The notes beneath the pieces are model-generated. The model was not told the DNA's origin, searched no databases, and worked only from the letters and a program-made list of their open reading frames with translations. Of a DNA stretch of 32,000 nt, positions 8,354 through 17,073 are shown in pieces (the first letter of the stretch is position 1; every line of letters begins with the position of its first letter). Source of the stretch: Halalkalibacterium halodurans (GTDB lineage Bacteria > Bacillota > Bacilli > Bacillales > Bacillaceae_D); the NCBI RefSeq assembly GCF_004376175.1, contig NZ_SNUY01000006.1, positions 60,001 through 92,000 of the forward strand, in the 5' to 3' direction. Both the position numbers and the translations under genes were made by a program.

Positions 8354-9445
8354 CTACACTTGTTTCTTCTTCAATCGATAGACGTAGGCAAGTACTTCAG
8401 CAACGGCTTTAAACAGCTGCTCAGGTACTTGATCACCAATATCCGCTTGATCATACAACGCCCTAGCGAGAGGTTTATTTTCCACTGTGACTACGTTATG
8501 CTGCTTCGCCAAGCTTTTTATTTTAAACGCCACATAGTCTACGCCTTTTGCCACGATGACTGGGGCATCCATTTTAGATTGGTCATATTTCAAAGCGATC
8601 GCGTAATGGGTTGGGTTCGTAATGACCACATCCGCTTTAGGCACTTCCTGCATCATTCGCTGCATCGCCATTTCCATTTGTTTTTGCTTACGCTTTGATT
8701 TAACTTTCGGGTCCCCTTCCACGTTTTTATGCTCATCCTTCACATCTTGTTTCGACATGCGGATTTGTTTCTCATGATCGTACCGCTGATACAAGTAATC
8801 AGGAATCGATAAAATTAATAGAAGGATCGCGATAAGAATTCCTAGCAACGCCGTTAACTGTGCGACGGTAACAAAAGAGTTCTCTACACTTTTTTGCGAT
8901 AACAACATAACATCCTCTAAGCTAAACCAAACGATCGAAAAGGCGGCCAGCCCTGTTAACACAATCTTTAATAAAGATTTCAAAAACTCCACAAGGGCGC
9001 GAACGGAGAAAATTCGTTTAGCTCCTTTAATTGGATCTATTTTAGATAGCTTCATTTTTAATGGCTCTGTTGTAAACAAAGGGCCAACCTGGATGTAACT
9101 CGCCAACACTCCAGCTATTAAGGCAATAGCCATAATCGGTAATAGAACGATCGCTGCTTCCATTGTAATTTCAAACATCAGTTCAGCGACGCTCTCTTCT
9201 GTAACATCCATTAACAAATAGCTTTCGAATGTATGGATCAACAGCTTTTCTAATGTACCACCAAGAAGGGGTCCGCCAAATAGCCACAAGAACAAAAAAA
9301 CGCAGAGGAGGATGATCGCTGTATTCACATCGGTGCTTTTCGCAACCTGCCCTTTTTTTCTAGAGTCTTGACGTTTTTTCGGCGTTGCTTTCTCCGTTTT
9401 CTCTTGTGCAAAAAACTGCAAATCTATTTTCATGAATGAAGCCAT
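8354..9445 (-). CDS. flhB: Flagellar export switch protein FlhB
   Basis: The 363-aa product contains DLQFFAQEKTEKATPKKRQDSRKKGQVAKS and the autocleavage site NPTHYA. Confidence 0.95.
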   Translation of the reverse strand: MASFMKIDLQFFAQEKTEKATPKKRQDSRKKGQVAKSTDVNTAIILLCVFLFLWLFGGPLLGGTLEKLLIHTFESYLLMDVTEESVAELMFEITMEAAIVLLPIMAIALIAGVLASYIQVGPLFTTEPLKMKLSKIDPIKGAKRIFSVRALVEFLKSLLKIVLTGLAAFSIVWFSLEDVMLLSQKSVENSFVTVAQLTALLGILIAILLLILSIPDYLYQRYDHEKQIRMSKQDVKDEHKNVEGDPKVKSKRKQKQMEMAMQRMMQEVPKADVVITNPTHYAIALKYDQSKMDAPVIVAKGVDYVAFKIKSLAKQHNVVTVENKPLARALYDQADIGDQVPEQLFKAVAEVLAYVYRLKKKQV

Positions 9446-9446
9446 A

Positions 9447-10223
9447 TCATGTGCCCCCTAAAATGGCCATCATTGCTCGCATCGTTTCTAGCATTCGCTC
9501 AAATAAGTAACTAACAGACATGAAAAACACGCCCATAAAGATCATTAAAAGCGGCAGCCCTACTAAAATTTTTAGCGGCATCCCGACGACAAACACGTTC
9601 ATTTGTGGAACCGCACGAGAAACCATTCCAAGCGCAACATCGACTAAAAACAAAGAGCCTACAAGAGGAAACGCCATCTGAAAAGCGATGATAAACATCG
9701 TGTTTAATGTTGTCGCAATCAATTCAATCATGTTCTCATCAGAAACGTTCAAGAACGGTTGATTTAAAGGGATAAACTGATAACTATAATACATTCCATC
9801 AATCAACAAATGATGACCGTTTGTCGCAAGCATAAACAAGAGGGCGAATGTATAAAGGTAGCTTCCGATTAACGGACTTTGTGCTCCTGTTTGCGGGTCA
9901 ACTATGTTCGCAATCAAAAAGCCTATTTTCACATCGATAAATGCTCCGGCCGCTTGAATCGCATAAAGAAGCACCATGGCAATCAAGCCAACCATAAGAC
10001 CAACTAAAACTTCTTTCATAATTAAAATGACATAAGTCCCGTCAAATAGAATGATTTCAGGCTCTAAAGAAAAAGTGAGAATCCAAGCAAGAAATAAAGC
10101 GATGCCGACTTTAAACATGGCCGGAATGTTCCGATAAGAGAAGAGAGGCATCGTCATTAAAAAGGCTAGCATTCGAACAAACACAAGCAAAAACATTGGT
10201 AAAAGCTGAATCCAATCCACCAT
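9447..10223 (-). CDS. fliR: Flagellar export apparatus protein FliR
   Basis: The 258-aa product is a polytopic membrane protein. Its start overlaps the fliQ stop by 1 nt (TAATG). The position between fliQ and flhB is the expected one. Confidence 0.9.
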   Translation of the reverse strand: MVDWIQLLPMFLLVFVRMLAFLMTMPLFSYRNIPAMFKVGIALFLAWILTFSLEPEIILFDGTYVILIMKEVLVGLMVGLIAMVLLYAIQAAGAFIDVKIGFLIANIVDPQTGAQSPLIGSYLYTFALLFMLATNGHHLLIDGMYYSYQFIPLNQPFLNVSDENMIELIATTLNTMFIIAFQMAFPLVGSLFLVDVALGMVSRAVPQMNVFVVGMPLKILVGLPLLMIFMGVFFMSVSYLFERMLETMRAMMAILGGT

Positions 10224-10492
10224 TATCCGATAAACCGATGCAAGTTATTGAAAATGGAATAAGCAAAGTTTAAAAGTTGGGAAAGCATCCACGGTCCAAA
10301 AAGAACAAGAGATACGAGGACGCCTACAATTTTCGGAATGAACGCCAATGTTTGTTCCTGTATTTGAGTAGTCGCCTGAAAAATGCTGACAAATAGACCG
10401 AGCCCTAATGCCACGAGAAGAAGCGGGCCGGCAACGAGCAGGACAGTCCAAACCCCGCGCTCGGCTATACCTATAATAAAATCGACACTCAT
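10223..10492 (-). CDS. fliQ: Flagellar export apparatus protein FliQ
   Basis: The 89-aa product has two TM segments and the sequence FVSIFQATTQIQEQTLAFIPKI, typical of FliQ. Confidence 0.92.
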   Translation of the reverse strand: MSVDFIIGIAERGVWTVLLVAGPLLLVALGLGLFVSIFQATTQIQEQTLAFIPKIVGVLVSLVLFGPWMLSQLLNFAYSIFNNLHRFIG

Positions 10493-10516
10493 TTAGATCA
10501 CCTTCTAGATCCTCTT

Positions 10517-11218
10517 CTAATTGAAACTGAGTAGCAAGGATTGGACGACAAGATACCATCCATCGACCAATACGAATAACAGAATTTTAAACGGTAAAGA
10601 AATCATGATCGGGGGTAGCATCATCATCCCCATGGACATCAAGACACTAGCGACAATCATATCAATGACTAAAAACGGAATAAAAATAAGGAATCCAATT
10701 TGAAAAGCGGTTTTTAGCTCACTGATTGCAAACGCTGGGACGAGAGCGGTAAGCGGTATATCCTCAATTGATTCCGGTCGATCATGTCCTGCATACCCCA
10801 TAAATAGAGCCAAGTCTTTTTCTCTCGTGTGCTTTGCCATAAACTCCTTCATCGGTATGGCTGCCCGATCCATTGCTTCTTGCTGGTCAATTTCTCCGTC
10901 CAAAAACGGTGTCAACGCTTGGTCATTCACCTCGGCAAATACAGGTGCCATGATAAAGAATGTAATAAATAAGGCGATTCCGATAATCACTTGGTTCGGC
11001 GGCATCGTCTGCGTAGCCAAACCTGTCCGGACAAAGGATAAGACGATCACTACCCTTGTAAAGCATGTCATCAATATGAGGATGCTTGGCGCTAAGGATA
11101 AGACGGTTAGTAATAGCAATAGTTGAACCGTCGTGGCTACCCCCGCAGGATCGTCTGTCATAAATTCCGGGTCAAGTCCTGGTAGTTGAATCGCTGTTAA
11201 TAATAATAATTCCGTCAT
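10517..11218 (-). CDS. fliP: Flagellar export apparatus protein FliP
   Basis: The 233-aa product contains LTVLSLAPSILILMTCFTRVVIVLSFVR and FAISELKTAFQIGFLIFIPFLVIDMIVASVLMSMGMMMLPP. Its start overlaps the fliZ stop (ATGA). Confidence 0.95.
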   Translation of the reverse strand: MTELLLLTAIQLPGLDPEFMTDDPAGVATTVQLLLLLTVLSLAPSILILMTCFTRVVIVLSFVRTGLATQTMPPNQVIIGIALFITFFIMAPVFAEVNDQALTPFLDGEIDQQEAMDRAAIPMKEFMAKHTREKDLALFMGYAGHDRPESIEDIPLTALVPAFAISELKTAFQIGFLIFIPFLVIDMIVASVLMSMGMMMLPPIMISLPFKILLFVLVDGWYLVVQSLLLSFN

Positions 11219-11925
11219 GATTTGTCCTGCTCCCTCATTGCTTTCCGAATACGTTCCTGAGTTGATTGAACGTCAGACAACTGCTTTTGCAGTAGCTGTT
11301 TAAACGGTTGTCCTTCCTTTAATGGCTCATCCTTCGCGGAGGAACGATTCCGTTTCGTAAGGTCTTGCACCCACGTCATCGCTTTTGTAATGGGAGCATG
11401 ACTGTCAGCGTAGATCGTCTGTTGCTTAGCAAGTAATTCTTCTTTCTCTTGCTCATTCGTTATTTCTTTTAACAGTTGAATCGACTCACCTACACCGACA
11501 ACGAACAGGCGGTCACCTACTTTAATAAGCTGTACTGAGCGGTTAGAGCCAAGAGGAACGCCTCCTAGATTTTGCAGGGCTTGGGTCGACTTGAATGAAC
11601 GAGAGCGTTGGCTAATGAAACGCATCACGACATAGATTAAGAAGAGCACAAACGCCAATGCTGCAAACATTTGCAAAAAGAGAAAAAAGATATTTTGCTC
11701 TTGAAAGGCCTGTTCTTCCTCAGGCACTTCCATCACACCCGGTTCCTCCCCGCTCCCATTCACACTAGCTTCTCCTTGGCAAGCTTCTTGAAACGATCCT
11801 GCAACACTATCACAGTCAACCTCATCGGCGAACCCTTTATTTGGTGACATGATGCTGAACAAGCACACCATTAGTAAAAAGCTAATTGCTTTAGTTGTCA
11901 TGTTTCCTTTCATGACCAAATCCAT
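11215..11925 (-). CDS. fliZ: FliO-family export protein (B. subtilis FliZ equivalent)
   Basis: The 236-aa product has a signal-like N-terminus, a central TM segment (FFLFLQMFAALAFVLFLIYVVM) and a FliO-like segment (VQLIKVGDRLFVVGVGESIQLL). It lies between cheY and fliP. The start is uncertain; ATGs at 11925, 11913 and 11901 are all possible. Confidence 0.8.
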   Translation of the reverse strand: MDLVMKGNMTTKAISFLLMVCLFSIMSPNKGFADEVDCDSVAGSFQEACQGEASVNGSGEEPGVMEVPEEEQAFQEQNIFFLFLQMFAALAFVLFLIYVVMRFISQRSRSFKSTQALQNLGGVPLGSNRSVQLIKVGDRLFVVGVGESIQLLKEITNEQEKEELLAKQQTIYADSHAPITKAMTWVQDLTKRNRSSAKDEPLKEGQPFKQLLQKQLSDVQSTQERIRKAMREQDKS

Positions 11926-12290
11926 TACGCTCCTAACGTCTTCTGAATCGCATCAATGACCCGATCAGCCTGAAACGGCTTCACAATAAAGTCCTTTGCC
12001 CCTGCTTGTATCGCATCAATGACCATCGCTTGTTGACCCATGGCCGAACACATGATGACCTTCGCATTCGGATCAATCGCTCGGATGTCTTTTAACGCAG
12101 CAATTCCATCTTTCTCAGGCATCGTAATATCCATTGTGACAAGATCTGGTGAAAGCTCTTTATATTTTTCCACCGCTTGTTCGCCATCATGGGCTTCCCC
12201 AACTACGTCATAACCATTTTTCGTTAAAATATCCTTGATCATCATGCGCATAAAAGATGCGTCATCCACAATAAGAATTTTAGCTGCCAT
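11925..12290 (-). CDS. cheY: Chemotaxis response regulator CheY
   Basis: The sequence MAAKILIVDDASFMRMMIKDIL...DLVTMDITMPEKDG...AKDFIVKPFQ is very close to B. subtilis CheY as I recall it. I prefer the ATG at 12290 (AAAGGTTGA SD 6 nt upstream) over the GTG at 12296 used by the ORF track. Confidence 0.93.
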   Translation of the reverse strand: MAAKILIVDDASFMRMMIKDILTKNGYDVVGEAHDGEQAVEKYKELSPDLVTMDITMPEKDGIAALKDIRAIDPNAKVIMCSAMGQQAMVIDAIQAGAKDFIVKPFQADRVIDAIQKTLGA

Positions 12291-12315
12291 CTGCACTCAA
12301 CCTTTCTTTCGGTAT

Positions 12316-13521
12316 TTATTTTAACTGTTCGATTCGTTCTCTTTGCGATAAAATCTCGGTGACACGAACTCCGAAGTTTTCATCAATGACGACCACTTCG
12401 CCTTTCGCGATTAACTTCTGGTTCACTAAAATATCGACAGGTTCCCCAGCAAGCTTGTCTAACTCAATGATCGAGCCTTGTGTGAAAGAAAGAATATCCT
12501 TGATTGAGCGTTTCGTCCGCCCCAATTCCACTGTTACTTGCAAAGGTATATCTAGGAGCATATCCAAGTTGCCCGCTTCTGTATCGTTAAGTTTAGGATG
12601 TTCAAAATTCGTAAAAGCGGCAGGTTGAACATTTGCTTGCCGTCTTGTTTGAAGAGGTGGTTGTGACATCGATTGTCGATACCCTCCTTGCGTTGGTTGC
12701 TGCATATGAACTGGATCTGTTTGATTGGTTGGAGGTGCTTCGTTCACCGTTTCTTGCCTTGGCTGTTGATCTACTTCCATCGCCACTGCACCGGCCACTT
12801 CATCTTGGGCAGGATTCATCAAGTCGTCGACCATTTTTTTCGCAAAAGGCACGGTGACGAGCTGCATAATAGAAGAGTCGATCAGTTCCCCAATCCGTAG
12901 ACGAAACGATACTTTGATGAGAACATCGCCTTCTGGTACACGATCGGTGCCTTGATCATTTCCCACATCCAGCATGTTTACGCCAGGCGGTGAAATATCA
13001 ATACGTTTATTAAAGATCGTCGACATGGAGGTCGAAGCAGAGCCCATCATTTGATTCATCGCTTCTTGAACAGCACTTATGTGCATCTCGTTTAGCTCTT
13101 CCTCAGGATTCAATCCGTCACCGCCAAGCATTAAATCTGCAATAATCACAGCATCCTTCGTGCGGATGACTAGTAGATTCATACCTTCAAACCCTTCAGT
13201 GTAATCCACATGGACTGCAACATGGGGCTGGGGAAACTCTTTTTCTAATTGATCCTTGTGTATCACAGATACTTGCGGCGTCGTAATGTCTACCTTTTCG
13301 TTTAGCAATGTCGACAACGCCGTTGCAGCACTTCCGAAGGAAATATTGCCGATTTCACCGAGTGCATCTTTTTCAACCTTTGTTAAGAAACCTTCTAAGC
13401 TATCTCCTTTTTGATTTTCTGGGGCATCCAAACCATCGACTTCCTCTGCATCATCCCCATCACTTGCAACTCCCTTTAACAATTCATTGATCTCATCTTG
13501 GGAAAGCATTTCATCATTCAT
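12316..13521 (-). CDS. fliY: Flagellar switch protein FliY (CheC-like domain plus FliN C-terminal domain)
   Basis: The product has an N-terminal EINELL motif, CheC-like repeats (LGEIGNISFGSAATALS) and a C-terminal FliN/SpoA domain (LLDIPLQVTVELGRT...VVIDENFGVRVTEI). I prefer the ATG at 13521 (GAGGAGG SD 9 nt upstream, 8-nt overlap with fliM). The ORF track extends to 13539. Confidence 0.9.
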   Translation of the reverse strand: MNDEMLSQDEINELLKGVASDGDDAEEVDGLDAPENQKGDSLEGFLTKVEKDALGEIGNISFGSAATALSTLLNEKVDITTPQVSVIHKDQLEKEFPQPHVAVHVDYTEGFEGMNLLVIRTKDAVIIADLMLGGDGLNPEEELNEMHISAVQEAMNQMMGSASTSMSTIFNKRIDISPPGVNMLDVGNDQGTDRVPEGDVLIKVSFRLRIGELIDSSIMQLVTVPFAKKMVDDLMNPAQDEVAGAVAMEVDQQPRQETVNEAPPTNQTDPVHMQQPTQGGYRQSMSQPPLQTRRQANVQPAAFTNFEHPKLNDTEAGNLDMLLDIPLQVTVELGRTKRSIKDILSFTQGSIIELDKLAGEPVDILVNQKLIAKGEVVVIDENFGVRVTEILSQRERIEQLK

Positions 13522-14506
13522 CTTCTGCCGCCTCCTCAATTACATCTGTGACTTGAACCGCCAGATGGTTTTTCTTTTTCCCTGGTTGCGCTAAATATTT
13601 CAAATGACCACCGACCCGGACGTTTAACGGTTCATGGATGGACTGATCCAGCTCGATCACATCACCAATTCCAAGGTGAAGAAATTCATGGATGGTGATC
13701 TCTGAGCGGCCAAGCTCTGTCTGAATTAGAAGTGGAGCCTGACGGACTCGATGTTCAATGGAATCCAGTTCACCCGGTTGGCGCTGCTTTTTCTTTTCTT
13801 GCATCCAATAGTGGACCGATAATTTTGGCAAGACTTCTTCTAGAACAACATGCGGTAAGCAAATGTTAATCATGCCAGAAGTCTCCGCAATCGTTGTGGA
13901 TAGAGAAATGACAACGACGGTCTCATTTGGTGAAACCATTTGTAAAAATTGCGGATTTACTTCAACTGCATCCATCTCAGGTTCTAGTTCGATTACGGTG
14001 CTCCATGCTTCTTGAAAGCTATCTAGCGTTCGTTGAAACAATTGGGACATAATCCGAGTTTCAATCTCCGTCAAGTTGTCAACTTTATTCACGCTCACCC
14101 CTTGACCTCCTAACAACCGATCCAACATCGCATACGCAACATTTGGATTCACTTCGATTAAAAAGCGCCCGTCAAGAGGAGCCGGTTCAAATACGTTCAA
14201 GATCGTCATCTTTGGAATCGAACGAATAAATTCCTCATACGGCAACTGATCAACCGATGCGACAGAAATTTGAACGAACGTCCGAAGTTGGGCGGAGAAA
14301 TATGTGGTTAATAATCGTGCAAAATTTTCATGAATTCGACTGATGCTGCGAATTTGATCCTTTGAAAAACGAAGCGCACGCTTAAAGTCATACACTTTTA
14401 CCTTTTTCTCAAGCTCTTCCTTTTTCAGTTCATCAGCGTCCATTTCTCCAGTGGAAAGCGCCGAGAGTAAGGCATCAATCTCACCTTGTGATAAAACGTC
14501 AGCCAA
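13514..14506 (-). CDS. fliM: Flagellar switch protein FliM
   Basis: The sequence ADVLSQGEIDALLSAL...VKVYDFKRALRFSKDQIRS matches the FliM N-terminus and middle domain. I prefer the TTG at 14506, because the GTG at 14515 lies inside the GAGAGGTGA SD. Confidence 0.92.
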   Translation of the reverse strand: MADVLSQGEIDALLSALSTGEMDADELKKEELEKKVKVYDFKRALRFSKDQIRSISRIHENFARLLTTYFSAQLRTFVQISVASVDQLPYEEFIRSIPKMTILNVFEPAPLDGRFLIEVNPNVAYAMLDRLLGGQGVSVNKVDNLTEIETRIMSQLFQRTLDSFQEAWSTVIELEPEMDAVEVNPQFLQMVSPNETVVVISLSTTIAETSGMINICLPHVVLEEVLPKLSVHYWMQEKKKQRQPGELDSIEHRVRQAPLLIQTELGRSEITIHEFLHLGIGDVIELDQSIHEPLNVRVGGHLKYLAQPGKKKNHLAVQVTDVIEEAAEDE

Positions 14507-14554
14507 GAACCTCACCTCTCAATCTACTCTAGCCAATTTGTTTTCTTTTCATCG

Positions 14555-14986
14555 TTATTGAATGACCCATTCGGTCGTATAAATTTTCACGACTGAACCT
14601 TCTTGCATAAGCGCGTTAATGTCATCTTGAAGTTGGGCCTCCAGCTTTTCGATTCCATCGGCACCCGATAATTGAGAGGCGTCCATTCCTGCTAAACTAC
14701 GAATAATAATGTTGTTCACTTGAAAATCACGCTTTTGTACTTCTTGTAAGGCATTACGATTGTCTACGTGGATCAGGAAACGGGCACGGACAAAGTCATT
14801 TGATAATAAATTTGTCGTGATTTCCTCTGTCTCATAAGATTGTGCAATAATCTCATCGATCGTAGGCTCCCGATCTTGTTCATCTTCATTATTAAAATAA
14901 TTCACGAAAATAAGGACCGCGACCCCCACTAACGTTAGAACAATCAGGATGATGAGCATGATGTTGACTAAACGATTTCGAAACAC
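14555..14986 (-). CDS. fliL: Flagellar basal-body-associated protein FliL
   Basis: The 143-aa product has a single N-terminal TM segment (IMLIILIVLTLVGVAVLIFV) and a FliL-like C-terminal region. It lies between flbD and fliM. Confidence 0.85.
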   Translation of the reverse strand: MFRNRLVNIMLIILIVLTLVGVAVLIFVNYFNNEDEQDREPTIDEIIAQSYETEEITTNLLSNDFVRARFLIHVDNRNALQEVQKRDFQVNNIIIRSLAGMDASQLSGADGIEKLEAQLQDDINALMQEGSVVKIYTTEWVIQ

Positions 14987-15199
14987 TTATGAGCCCTCCA
15001 CATCTTTATTTATTGCTATAAGGCCAATTTGGTTAAAACATTCTCTCACTTTTTCATTGACCTCATCTATGCTGTTTTGTACGACAATTTTTTTCCCATT
15101 TATTAGCGTAATTGTTGTATCAGGAAAAGCTTCAATTTGTTCAATTAAGGTCGCGTTTAAAAGAAACGGACGGCCATTAAGACGAATTAACGTAATCAT
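14987..15199 (-). CDS. flbD: FlbD/SwrD-family small flagellar protein
   Basis: The 70-aa product begins MITLIRLNGRPFLLNATLIEQIEAFPDTTITLINGKKIVV, a typical FlbD N-terminus. It abuts the fliL start. No SD is visible upstream. Confidence 0.85.
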   Translation of the reverse strand: MITLIRLNGRPFLLNATLIEQIEAFPDTTITLINGKKIVVQNSIDEVNEKVRECFNQIGLIAINKDVEGS

Positions 15200-15278
15200 C
15201 GGAAATGGAAGGGCTAGAGCTGTCCCTAGCCCATACCTCCTTCATCAGGTATTTTTACGCGAGATGGCGATCATGCCA

Positions 15279-16070
15279 TTAGCGCTTCAAGTTTACTAGC
15301 TCTTGTAAGATTTCGTCAGAAGTAGTGATAATCCGAGTATTCGCTTGGAACCCACGCTGTGCAACGATCATTTCTGTGAACTCTTCAGATAAATCAACGT
15401 TTGACATTTCTAGCGTTCCAGCTATAATGTCACCTGTTCCTCCATTACCGGCAGAAGTAAACAGCGGAGCACCTGAGTTTGCAGACACTAAATAGAGGTT
15501 GGCTCCAGCTTTCGCTAGACCTTCAGGGTTTGCAAAGTTCACGAGACGGACCATCCCTGCTTCTTGCAAATCACCATCTTCGTCAATATACGTCACCGTT
15601 CCATCTTGCCCGATGCTAAAGCTTTGGGCTGTCGTTGGGACCGTGATCGGGTTGCCGTTCGTATCCATCAGACGAAGCCCTTGGGCATTAACAATCGTGC
15701 CTTGCTGGTCAAAATAAAAGTTTCCTGACCTCGTATAATAGAATGTATCCCCATCTTGTACTTGGAAAAATCCATCACCAGAAATCCCTAGATCAAGCTC
15801 GCGGTTCGTATTTTGCAAACTTCCTTGTGTATGGACATTGTCAATCGATGCAAGCTGCATTCCTAGACCAACCTGACGAGGGTTTACCCCACCGCGGTTC
15901 GCTCCAGGAGCGGTTGCCCCAGCAAGTTGTTGGCTTACCATGTCTTGAAATGTGGTCCGACCTTTTTTGTATCCAAACGTATTGACATTCGCAATATTAT
16001 TTCCAATCACGTCGAGCTTCGTTTGAAAATTTCTCATTCCAGAAATACCTGAATACATTGAACGTAACAT
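15279..16070 (-). CDS. flgE: Flagellar hook protein FlgE (short Firmicute form)
   Basis: The 263-aa product has an N-terminal rod/hook motif (MLRSMYSGISGMRNFQTKLDVIGNNIANVNTFGYK) and a C-terminal motif (LEMSNVDLSEEFTEMIVAQRGFQANTRIITTSDEILQELVNL). Confidence 0.93.
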   Translation of the reverse strand: MLRSMYSGISGMRNFQTKLDVIGNNIANVNTFGYKKGRTTFQDMVSQQLAGATAPGANRGGVNPRQVGLGMQLASIDNVHTQGSLQNTNRELDLGISGDGFFQVQDGDTFYYTRSGNFYFDQQGTIVNAQGLRLMDTNGNPITVPTTAQSFSIGQDGTVTYIDEDGDLQEAGMVRLVNFANPEGLAKAGANLYLVSANSGAPLFTSAGNGGTGDIIAGTLEMSNVDLSEEFTEMIVAQRGFQANTRIITTSDEILQELVNLKR

Positions 16071-16135
16071 TTTTTGCTCCTCCTTTTTTGACTGCGTCCA
16101 TCAATCAGCAGCCTTGGCTTCCTTTCGGTCCAGCC

Positions 16136-16534
16136 TTATTGAAATGATTTGTTGTTCACTACGATTGTTCCGTCAATATTAGTAAAAATATGATCTTCCG
16201 CTTCATCTAGATCAAGGACTGTAATGACTGTTTTGTTTTTGGCACTCACGACAAGCGCAGCTTCTTCTGTTAAAATGAGTGGATCTCTCACGCCTTTTTG
16301 TTCGGCCTCTAACACTTTCTCTTCAATTCGATTCCAAAGTGGCTTTGAAATCGAAATGCCTCGTGACAGCAGTCGTTGCTCCGCATGTTTGCTTAACTTT
16401 AGCGACTGCCCTTTCTGGAGCTCTGTTTGAAACAGATTTCCAAACGAGACATGAGGAGACGGTTTCGATAAAGCGGAACCTTTTCGTGTTAAGGGCTTTA
16501 TCGACTGTATCGAACCAGTGATTCTTGGGTCCAC
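16136..16534 (-). CDS. Conserved flagellar-operon protein of unknown function (132 aa), located between flgD and flgE
   Basis: The ORF is tightly packed, starting 3 nt after the flgD stop. Its position and size match the uncharacterised 'flagellar operon protein' family that I recall as TIGR02530, described as lying between flgD and flgE. That assignment is from memory only. Confidence 0.65.
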   Translation of the reverse strand: MDPRITGSIQSIKPLTRKGSALSKPSPHVSFGNLFQTELQKGQSLKLSKHAEQRLLSRGISISKPLWNRIEEKVLEAEQKGVRDPLILTEEAALVVSAKNKTVITVLDLDEAEDHIFTNIDGTIVVNNKSFQ

Positions 16535-16537
16535 AAC

Positions 16538-17053
16538 TTATCCCTCCTGTTCATCAGGTGCGTTGTCGCCCACATCCCCCTCAGCTTCCTCTTGATGATT
16601 CGTTTTGCCGGATACTTGAACCAATTGATCGGCAGATATCCAACGTCCACTATCGAGCTGAATGCTAACATTTCCGTTCGTTTCAAGCCTTACAGATGTA
16701 ACGGTGTTTTCAACAAGCTCTTCTTTTTGTCTGTACTCATCTATATCAATGATCCGCTTCCACGTCACACGCTTACCAATTAATTCGCTATGCTGGACAA
16801 GCGTTTGACTTGTTTGCTGTTTAACAAACTGTTGAATCGCGCTGTTCATGTTTGTCATTTGTTCCAAGGATGAGAACTGCGCCATCTGTGCGATAAATTC
16901 ACGGTCATCCATTGGATTCAGCGGGTCTTGATACTGAAGCTGGGCAATGAGGATTCTCAGAAAATCATCTTTTCCTAAGATTCCCGAGTTGCTTTGTTCT
17001 TTCGGGCGATTTTCGTAATAGTACGAGCCATCAATACCGTTTGTTGTCGTCAC
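16538..17053 (-). CDS. flgD: Hook assembly/capping protein FlgD
   Basis: The 171-aa product contains LGKDDFLRILIAQLQYQDPLNPMDDREFIAQMAQFSSLEQM, the canonical FlgD N-domain. Confidence 0.92.
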   Translation of the reverse strand: MTTTNGIDGSYYYENRPKEQSNSGILGKDDFLRILIAQLQYQDPLNPMDDREFIAQMAQFSSLEQMTNMNSAIQQFVKQQTSQTLVQHSELIGKRVTWKRIIDIDEYRQKEELVENTVTSVRLETNGNVSIQLDSGRWISADQLVQVSGKTNHQEEAEGDVGDNAPDEQEG

Positions 17054-17073
17054 GAACCGTCACTCCTTCCCCT

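Noticed and set aside
15235-15246. A strong SD-like GAAGGAGG followed by ATG-GGC-TAG on the minus strand in the flgE-flbD spacer, considered as a leader peptide
   Set aside because: The SD-to-ATG spacing is about 1 nt and the frame is only 2 codons. It is not a credible translated unit. It is mentioned only as context for the hairpin finding.
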